Source: an uncultured bacterium (GTDB lineage: Bacteria; Fidelibacterota; Marinisomatia; SCGC-AAA003-L08; D37C17). From it: DNA of 32,000 bases. A program made the translations under genes and the position numbers. The stretch is taken from NCBI GenBank assembly GCA_964551815.1, contig CAZKEL010000015.1, forward strand, positions 12,097-44,096, read 5' to 3'. Positions 26,667 through 32,000 of this stretch are shown here, in pieces (the stretch's first letter is position 1; the number at the start of each line of letters is the position of its first letter). Below the pieces are notes generated by a model. It was not told the DNA's origin. It did no database searches and saw only the letters and a list, made by a program, of their open reading frames with translations.

Positions 26667-26728
26667 CTGTAAAATCGGTACAGTTTTATATCGAAATTTC
26701 ACATCCACAAAATCCCATTCCCTACTTA

Positions 26729-26763
26729 TTGACCAATGACCATTGACAAATGACTAATGACCA
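26729..26763. repeat. Five tandem heptamers (consensus WTGACNA)
   Basis: TTGACCA ATGACCA TTGACAA ATGACTA ATGACCA read directly from the sequence. They sit in the convergent tonB/sdhB intergenic region. Confidence 0.6.
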
Positions 26764-26821
26764 GTAAGTAGTAACAGGAGACAGGAGTTCTGCCCTAAGG
26801 ATTGGTATTTACTACCGGATT

Positions 26822-27559
26822 TTAAAAACTTGCTTTTACAAATTCCCGGTTTAAGCGGCCAATATTTTCAACAGAGATTTCTTTAGGGCACTCCACTTCG
26901 CAGGCAGAAGTATTGCTGCAGTTTCCAAAACCTTCCATGTCCATCTGGCCTACCATATTTTTTACTCTGGACTTTCTCTCAACCTGACCTTGAGGCAATA
27001 GTGCATATTGGGATACCTTTGCCCCTACGAAGAGCATGGCAGAGGAATTTTTACAAGCAGCAACACAGGCTCCACAGCCAATGCAGGCAGCAGCATCAAA
27101 AGCTAAATCAGCATCATCCTTTAGAATGGGTATTGCATTAGCATCCGGTACACCTCCCGTACTAACGGATACATAACCGCCGGCTTCCATTACTCGGTCG
27201 AAGCTGCTACGATCTACCACCAAATCTCTGATAACCGGAAAGGCTTTTGCCTGCCAGGGCTCAATGATTACAGTATCGCCATCCTTAAAACTACGCATAT
27301 GCAGCTGACAAGTGGTGACGCCTTTCAATGGACCGTGAGCCCGCCCGTTTATCATGATTCCGCAGGTTCCGCAGATGCCTTCACGGCAGTCATGGTCAAA
27401 AGAAATGGGATCTTTTCCATCTTTGACAAGCTGATTATTCAGCATATCTAACATTTCAAAGAAGGACATATCCTCAGACACATTGTCAACAGGGTAAGTT
27501 ACAAAATTTCCTTTTGCATTGCGGTCTTGCTGGCGCCAGGCCTGAACAATAATTTTCAT
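26822..27559 (-). CDS. sdhB: Succinate dehydrogenase/fumarate reductase iron-sulfur subunit
   Basis: Cluster motifs are [2Fe-2S] [10 protein letters not shown], [4Fe-4S] [11 protein letters not shown] and [3Fe-4S] [12 protein letters not shown]. The start abuts the sdhA stop. Confidence 0.92.
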   Translation of the reverse strand: MKIIVQAWRQQDRNAKGNFVTYPVDNVSEDMSFFEMLDMLNNQLVKDGKDPISFDHDCREGICGTCGIMINGRAHGPLKGVTTCQLHMRSFKDGDTVIIEPWQAKAFPVIRDLVVDRSSFDRVMEAGGYVSVSTGGVPDANAIPILKDDADLAFDAAACIGCGACVAACKNSSAMLFVGAKVSQYALLPQGQVERKSRVKNMVGQMDMEGFGNCSNTSACEVECPKEISVENIGRLNREFVKASF

Positions 27560-29472
27560 TATTTATAACTCCTTGTGGTCAGGCTTACTTCTTCAAAATT
27601 CAGGTCTTCTTTATGCAGTTGAGGAACCCCGCCATCTCCTTTATACTCCCAGGTGGCAGCGTAGGCAAAGTCCTCATCATTTCGTTTGGCTTCGTTTTCT
27701 TCGGTTTGGAATTCTTCCCTAAAATGTCCACCGCAGGATTCTTCACGGTGCAGGGCATCCCGAGCCATGAGTTCTCCTAATTCCAGAAAATCTGCCAGGC
27801 GGCTGGCTTTTTCCAATTCAGGATTATATTCGTTATTACCACCTGGAATAAAAACATCCTTCCAAAAGTCCTCCTTCAGTTTGGGGATGAGTTCCAATGC
27901 TTTTTCCAATCCGTCCTTATTGCGTGCCATACCCACATATTCCCACATGACCTTCCCTAACTCTTTATGAATATCATCAACGGTTTTCCTGCCTTTAATG
28001 GCCAACATTCTATCGAGATTTTCTTTCACAGCTTCTTCAGCATGTTTGAATGTCTCATCAGTATTATTTACTGTTTTTAGTCCACCCTGTGCCAAGTAAT
28101 CACCAATTGTGTAGGGGATGATGAAATAGCCGTCAGCCAAGCCCTGCATGAGAGCACTGGCACCCAATCGGTTGGCTCCGTGATCTGAAAAATTGGCTTC
28201 CCCCAATACATGCAGGCCCGGAACAGTGGACATGAGATTATAGTCCACCCAGAGACCGCCCATAGTATAATGCACCGCCGGATAAATTTTCATAGGCGTT
28301 TCGTAAGGATTCTCTCCCGTGATTTGCTGGTACATGTCAAAGAGATTGCCATATTTTTCTGACACCCAGTCCTTGCCATTGCGCTTGATGACATCTTCAA
28401 AATCTAAATAGACGGCTAATTTTGTAGCACCAACCCCATGCCCTTTATCACACATTTCCTTTGCTCTGCGTGAGGCCACATCCCGAGGGACCAGATTTCC
28501 GAAGGATGGGTAGAGCCGTTCCAGGTAATAGTCCCTTTCTTCATCGGGGATGTTATTGGGGGTGCGGTCATCGCCGGCTTTCTTAGGCACCCAGACTCTG
28601 CCGTCGTTCCGCAGACTTTCACTCATCAAAGTGAGTTTAGACTGATGATCGCTGGAAACAGGAATGCAGGTAGGGTGAATCTGCGTAAAACAGGGATTGG
28701 CAAAACAGGCACCTTGCTTATGTGCTCTCCAAGATGCCGTTACATTAGAGGCCATGGCATTGGTTGAAAGGAAGAACACATTACCATACCCGCCGGTAGC
28801 TAAAATTACGGCGTGGGCAGAATGAGAGGTGATTTCTCCTGTCTCTAAATTTCTGGTTACGATGCCACGGGCTTTGCCATCTACTTTAACAATGTCCAGC
28901 ATATCATGGCGGGGGTAAAATTGTACTTTGCCTGTATTCATCTGACGAACCAGAGCAGAATAGACACCTAATAAGAGCTGCTGCCCGGTTTGTCCGCGTG
29001 CGTAGAATGTGCGGGAAACCTGAGCCCCGCCAAAAGAGCGGTTATCCAGCAAACCGCCGTACTCCCGTGCAAATGGCACGCCTTGTGCCACGCATTGATC
29101 AATGATATGGTTGCTCACTTCTGCCAGGCGGTACACATTGGCTTCCCTGGCACGGTAATCGCCCCCTTTCACTGTATCATAAAAAAGGCGGTAAATACTG
29201 TCCCCGTCGTTGGGGTAATTTTTCGCAGCGTTGATGCCGCCCTGGGCTGCAATACTATGGGCACGGCGGGGAGATTCATGATAGGAGAAGGCTTTTACAT
29301 TGTAGCCAAGTTCAGCTAAGGTGGCAGCAGCAGATCCCCCGGCTAATCCTGTCCCCACCACAATAATATCATACTTGCGTTTATTGGCAGGATTCACCAG
29401 CTTCATGGAAAATTTATGATTGTTCCACTTTTGTGAAACCGTTCCTTCAGGAATTTTTGAATTCAGGATCAT
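27559..29472 (-). CDS. sdhA: Succinate dehydrogenase/fumarate reductase flavoprotein subunit
   Basis: FAD fold [15 protein letters not shown]. The covalent-FAD His context is [14 protein letters not shown]. The motifs HPT, HYTMGGL and [10 protein letters not shown] are also present. Confidence 0.95.
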   Translation of the reverse strand: MILNSKIPEGTVSQKWNNHKFSMKLVNPANKRKYDIIVVGTGLAGGSAAATLAELGYNVKAFSYHESPRRAHSIAAQGGINAAKNYPNDGDSIYRLFYDTVKGGDYRAREANVYRLAEVSNHIIDQCVAQGVPFAREYGGLLDNRSFGGAQVSRTFYARGQTGQQLLLGVYSALVRQMNTGKVQFYPRHDMLDIVKVDGKARGIVTRNLETGEITSHSAHAVILATGGYGNVFFLSTNAMASNVTASWRAHKQGACFANPCFTQIHPTCIPVSSDHQSKLTLMSESLRNDGRVWVPKKAGDDRTPNNIPDEERDYYLERLYPSFGNLVPRDVASRRAKEMCDKGHGVGATKLAVYLDFEDVIKRNGKDWVSEKYGNLFDMYQQITGENPYETPMKIYPAVHYTMGGLWVDYNLMSTVPGLHVLGEANFSDHGANRLGASALMQGLADGYFIIPYTIGDYLAQGGLKTVNNTDETFKHAEEAVKENLDRMLAIKGRKTVDDIHKELGKVMWEYVGMARNKDGLEKALELIPKLKEDFWKDVFIPGGNNEYNPELEKASRLADFLELGELMARDALHREESCGGHFREEFQTEENEAKRNDEDFAYAATWEYKGDGGVPQLHKEDLNFEEVSLTTRSYK

Positions 29473-29481
29473 AATATTAAG

Positions 29482-30144
29482 CTATTTAATAAAACCAAAA
29501 TATAGAGGAATGGAAATAAACCCCACAGGGATGATAAGCCAAAACAGGACTGCAATCTTCTCAACCATGCTTTTGTAACGGGAATCAGCAAGACCAAAAG
29601 TCTGAAATGCAGATTGAAATCCATGGCGGAGGTGCAGAGCTAAGAGGATGAGAGCAATGATATAAAAAATTGCCACCAAGGGGTTGCTATATCCAATTTC
29701 GCTGTTTACGACTACTTGGTAGAAATCTGCATCTACACCGTGCATTTTCTGAAAACTCCACCAAAAAGTCTGCAAATGAAATACAAGAAAGATAAAAACA
29801 ATGCTGCCGGAAACTGCCATGGTTCGACTGTGAAAAGTGGCTGTGGAATTCCCGGGAGCTATTTTATATGAGCGGGGTTTTGCCTTTTTGTTTTCAAGAG
29901 TTACCCTGATTCCAGAAATGATATGCCCCAGAAAAATAAGTGTGAGGATGACTTCTGCAATTCTTACCAATGGTTTCATAGCTGTGAGGGAAAGGACATA
30001 ATTATTGAACATTTCAGCACCACCAAAAAGGAGGAGGTTTCCTGCCAAGTGGGCAACAAGAAAAAACCCAAGGAGGACACCAGTAGTGGCCATGAGAATT
30101 TTCTTACCAATGGAGGATTGAAAAAAGTGAAGGAGCCAGGTCAT
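29482..30144 (-). CDS. sdhC: Succinate dehydrogenase cytochrome b subunit (b558-type, five TM)
   Basis: The N-terminus FFQSSIGKKILMATTGVLLGFFLVAHLAGNLLLF is typical of the b558 family. Conserved His residues occur in the TM helices. It sits immediately upstream of sdhA. Confidence 0.75.
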   Translation of the reverse strand: MTWLLHFFQSSIGKKILMATTGVLLGFFLVAHLAGNLLLFGGAEMFNNYVLSLTAMKPLVRIAEVILTLIFLGHIISGIRVTLENKKAKPRSYKIAPGNSTATFHSRTMAVSGSIVFIFLVFHLQTFWWSFQKMHGVDADFYQVVVNSEIGYSNPLVAIFYIIALILLALHLRHGFQSAFQTFGLADSRYKSMVEKIAVLFWLIIPVGFISIPLYFGFIK

Positions 30145-30159
30145 TTTACTAATAGTAGT

Positions 30160-30525
30160 TTATTTTGAAATCATTAATCCTATGGCAATGCCTGCAACAC
30201 CAATAATCAGGCTGGAGGAGATATACAGAAACGTCATTTTTATATCACCGGTTTTTAATAATTGGTAGGTTTCCAATCCGAAGGCTGAAAAAGTAGTGAA
30301 GCCTCCCAAAATTCCAATGGCTGCAAACTCTTTTATTGGCAGAGAAGAATTGTTTTCCAAGCCGGAGTTAACCCAGATACCTAAACACAGGCAGCCAATG
30401 AAATTAACCATGAAGGTACCCAGTGGAAATCCAAAGCGGGCAAACTGTGACATCCAGGCAGAGGTGACATAGCGCAGGGAAGCACCGATAAATCCGCCAG
30501 CCCCAACCATGAGGACTTCTTTCAT
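30160..30525 (-). CDS. crcB: Fluoride ion channel CrcB/FluC
   Basis: 121 aa and four TMs. Motifs are GAGGFIGASLRY, GTFMVNFIGC and GILGGFTTFSAF. Confidence 0.88.
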   Translation of the reverse strand: MKEVLMVGAGGFIGASLRYVTSAWMSQFARFGFPLGTFMVNFIGCLCLGIWVNSGLENNSSLPIKEFAAIGILGGFTTFSAFGLETYQLLKTGDIKMTFLYISSSLIIGVAGIAIGLMISK

Positions 30526-30534
30526 TTTATTTAT

Positions 30535-30897
30535 TTAGAAAGGGATATCATCATCGGAAAACGCAGCCGGCGCAGCTGCAGGTGTACCTGCCGCTTCGGC
30601 TGAAGGCGGCGGCGGAGGAGGTGGATAATTTTCATCCATACCCATAGGCGGTGCCATGATTTCCTGACCGTATTCCTGAATGGCCATCTGCGAAATTTTA
30701 TCCCGCAGTATTCGGTCTGCTAACACGGTATCATAATATTCCCCGTCCTGACCTTTCTGGCTGGGCATGGAGACAAATAATCCGTTGATGCCCTCTACCA
30801 ATCGAAAACCTTTGATGATGAATCCTTCTTCTGTGGTTAAGTCAAAAAAGGCACGGACTTTTCCCCAGCTGCCTTTATTCATGCGTTCAATTTTCAC
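30535..30897 (-). CDS. SpoVG-family nucleic-acid-binding protein fused to an SSB-like disordered linker and acidic tip (…DDDIPF)
   Basis: GTG start with AAAGGGG upstream. GKVRAFFDLTTEEGFIIKGFRLVEGINGLFVSMPSQKGQDGEYYD aligns with B. subtilis SpoVG [45 protein letters not shown]. The C-terminus is PPPPPPPSAEAAGTPAAAPAAFSDDDIPF. Confidence 0.8.
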   Translation of the reverse strand: MKIERMNKGSWGKVRAFFDLTTEEGFIIKGFRLVEGINGLFVSMPSQKGQDGEYYDTVLADRILRDKISQMAIQEYGQEIMAPPMGMDENYPPPPPPPSAEAAGTPAAAPAAFSDDDIPF

Positions 30898-30970
30898 TAA
30901 TAAATCCCCTTTCTGTTAGGGGTGAAATTTAGGAGGAAATTTGGATGTGGGACAAAGGAGGAATTGTTTA

Positions 30971-30998
30971 ATTATAAATGGTGAATTGTGAATGATAA
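30971..30998 (-). promoter_or_regulatory. Candidate sigma70-like promoter for the spoVG-like/crcB/sdh gene string
   Basis: On the minus strand: TTATCA (30998-30993), a 16-nt spacer, then TATAAT (30976-30971). It lies about 75 nt upstream of the GTG start at 30897. Confidence 0.3.
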
Positions 30999-31014
30999 AT
31001 TGGGATAGTGGACT

Positions 31015-31250
31015 CAATCTATTTTTTGTTCAACCTTATTTGAAGCAGTTTCTGCCAATCTCAATATTGATGTGAGCAGGCCTGGGTGTGAATGGATTAA
31101 ATTGAGAGGGAAAACGATGAGGTCAGGAGGCGAGGTACGGCCTCCCCAACCCGAACTTGATGTCGCAATTTGCTATTTCAAGTTGGCAAATTCTTCTTAG
31201 GTTAATTGGAACATGAAGTCTTCTGGAAATTTATCTAATTCATCATTCAT
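31015..31250 (-). pseudogene. ORF6N-domain (phage antirepressor/KilA-N-like) gene remnant with in-frame stops
   Basis: Minus-strand translation from the ATG at 31250 gives MNDELDKFPEDFMFQLT*EEFANLK*QIATSSSGWGGRTSPP... This matches my memory of the ORF6N consensus ...RFPEDFMFQLTxEEFxNLxSQIxTSSWGGRR... It has an in-frame TAA (31197-31199) and TAG (31173-31175), lacks the N-terminal ~40 aa, and has a decayed or frameshifted distal part. Confidence 0.55.
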
Positions 31251-31259
31251 AATTCAAAA

Positions 31260-31421
31260 TTATTGTGTGCTCTCCTCAACAATTGCAATCTCTTCTTCTG
31301 TCAGCCCATACAACGCATACACCAACTGGTCTGTTTCGACTTTGCTCAACACAAGTATTTCGGCTTCAAGGACAGTGGCGAAAATACTTATACAGATTTT
31401 GGGTGTATATTGAATTCCCAT
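31260..31421 (-). pseudogene. C-terminal remnant of a restriction-modification/adenine-specific DNA methyltransferase
   Basis: A 53-codon minus-strand ORF ends ...EAEILVLSKVETDQLVYALYGLTEEEIAIVEESTQ*. The LVYxLYGLTEEEIxIVE ending is the stereotyped C-terminus of type IIG / Eco57I-like / PglX-like methyltransferases. Only the last ~35 codons are recognisable, and the 5' part overlaps the higA-like 3' end. Confidence 0.4.
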
Positions 31422-31681
31422 TCTAATTCAAGCGCATTTGTAATTTGTGATAAAAAAGATATTGACGGCATTTTCATTGCCTTTTCAAAACGGGAGATTG
31501 AACTTTGTTTTGTTCCAATTTTTTCTGCTAATTCTTTTTGAGTTATGCCTTGCGCAATTCGAAATGCAACTATTTCTCTAATTAATTTATACACAGGCTC
31601 CAAATCATTATAGGTTCGTTTGAATTCAGCATTTTGTAATAATTTTTCTTTATGCCGTTCAACATTTGTTTTTTTCTTCAT
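31388..31681 (-). CDS. higA: XRE-family HTH antitoxin (HigA-like)
   Basis: The HTH motif is GITQKELAEKIGTKQSSISRFE. It is 97 aa, lies downstream of a Gp49/HigB-like toxin gene and overlaps it by 23 nt. Confidence 0.8.
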   Translation of the reverse strand: MKKKTNVERHKEKLLQNAEFKRTYNDLEPVYKLIREIVAFRIAQGITQKELAEKIGTKQSSISRFEKAMKMPSISFLSQITNALELEWEFNIHPKSV

Positions 31682-32000
31682 AATCTTTTTTCCTTTTCTG
31701 TGCGATTTTAATTTCTTTCTTGGGTGTTTTTCTGGTTTTCTTGGTAAATCCGTTTAATAATACAAACTTTTTCCCGGTAAAAGTAAAATACAGTATTCTC
31801 TCAGATCCCGGTCGCATTTCCCAAACCTTACCTTTAATATGTTTAAGATAAGGCTCTCCCAATTGAATCCCGAATTCTTCAACCAAATCAAACACTCGCA
31901 TAATATTAGCCTGTTTTTCAACCGGCAAACTGTCAATATATGCTTCAACAGGCTTAATACCGCGATGATCTTCATAATATTCGATTCTCCATTCACTCAT
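31659..32000 (-). CDS. higB: Type II toxin, RelE/ParE superfamily (HigB / phage Gp49-like)
   Basis: WRIEYYEDHRGIKPVEAYIDSLPVEKQANI...LGEPYLKHIKGKVWEMRPGSERILYFTFTGKKFVLLNGFTKKTRKTPKKEI is the typical Gp49-like toxin pattern. The ATG uses the last three bases of the window, so an upstream start cannot be excluded. Confidence 0.8.
   Translation of the reverse strand: MSEWRIEYYEDHRGIKPVEAYIDSLPVEKQANIMRVFDLVEEFGIQLGEPYLKHIKGKVWEMRPGSERILYFTFTGKKFVLLNGFTKKTRKTPKKEIKIAQKRKKDYEEKNKC

Noticed and set aside
31126-31187. A GC-rich hairpin plus nested palindrome (AACTTGA...GCAATTTGC...TCAAGTT) as a small RNA, terminator or att/tRNA fragment
   Set aside because: No tRNA-like T-arm or acceptor could be built, and no convincing T-tract follows on either strand. 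The segment translates on the minus strand into the conserved ORF6N motif QIATSSSGWGGR, so it is better explained as decaying coding sequence.
30898-31200. A fluoride (crcB-motif) riboswitch upstream of the spoVG-like/crcB genes
   Set aside because: On the relevant minus strand I could not find the GGCGATGG...AAAC...GATG...CCTAC core. A vaguely similar GC-rich hairpin (GGAGGC-N8-GCCTCC, 31126-31145) is on the wrong strand, lacks the pseudoknot partner and lies inside the ORF6N pseudogene.
31213-31541. Plus-strand ORFs of 66 and 92 aa
   Set aside because: They are antisense to the higA-like gene and the methyltransferase remnant, both of which have recognisable motifs. The plus-strand products have none.
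1-32000. CRISPR arrays, rRNA/tRNA genes, intact IS elements or integrases
   Set aside because: I found no regularly spaced direct repeats of CRISPR size, no tRNA cloverleaf candidates in the few intergenic gaps, and no transposase- or integrase-like ORFs in the six-frame track.

Overview
This is a compact bacterial chromosomal segment, roughly 40% G+C by eye. By my tally of intergenic gaps it is well over 90% coding, and many start/stop codons abut or overlap. Shine-Dalgarno-like motifs precede many starts. The gene content (ExbB-ExbD-ExbD-TonB, a b558-type SdhCAB, a SpoVG-family protein) suggests a streamlined, possibly FCB-group or uncultivated lineage, but that is only a guess. Most of the window is housekeeping: a GNAT fragment, glutathione peroxidase, a POT peptide transporter, homocysteine S-methyltransferase, a PA0069-type radical SAM protein, a GDPD phosphodiesterase, nadA-nadC-nadB, panD-panB-panC, uvrA, an S41 C-terminal processing protease, exbB-exbD-exbD-tonB, sdhCAB and crcB. 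The strongest candidate for something new is a tightly packed seven-gene plus-strand operon at 12696-19683. It encodes a lipoprotein, a TPR protein, a secreted beta-rich/TPR protein, MotA-like and MotB-like stator proteins, a truncated FliF-like two-TM ring protein with a long periplasmic coiled coil, and a FliG-like protein. No FliM/N, export-apparatus, rod, hook or filament genes are nearby. It reads as an orphan stator-rotor module coupled to envelope proteins rather than a flagellar operon. The second notable item is a SpoVG-family protein (30535-30897) that carries a Pro/Ala-rich linker and the exact SSB C-terminal tip DDDIPF. Third, the right edge (about 31015-32000) is a decayed mobile or defence islet. 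It holds an ORF6N-domain pseudogene with in-frame stops, a C-terminal remnant of a restriction-modification methyltransferase, and an intact HigB/HigA-like toxin-antitoxin pair. I found no rRNA, tRNA, CRISPR array or intact transposase.
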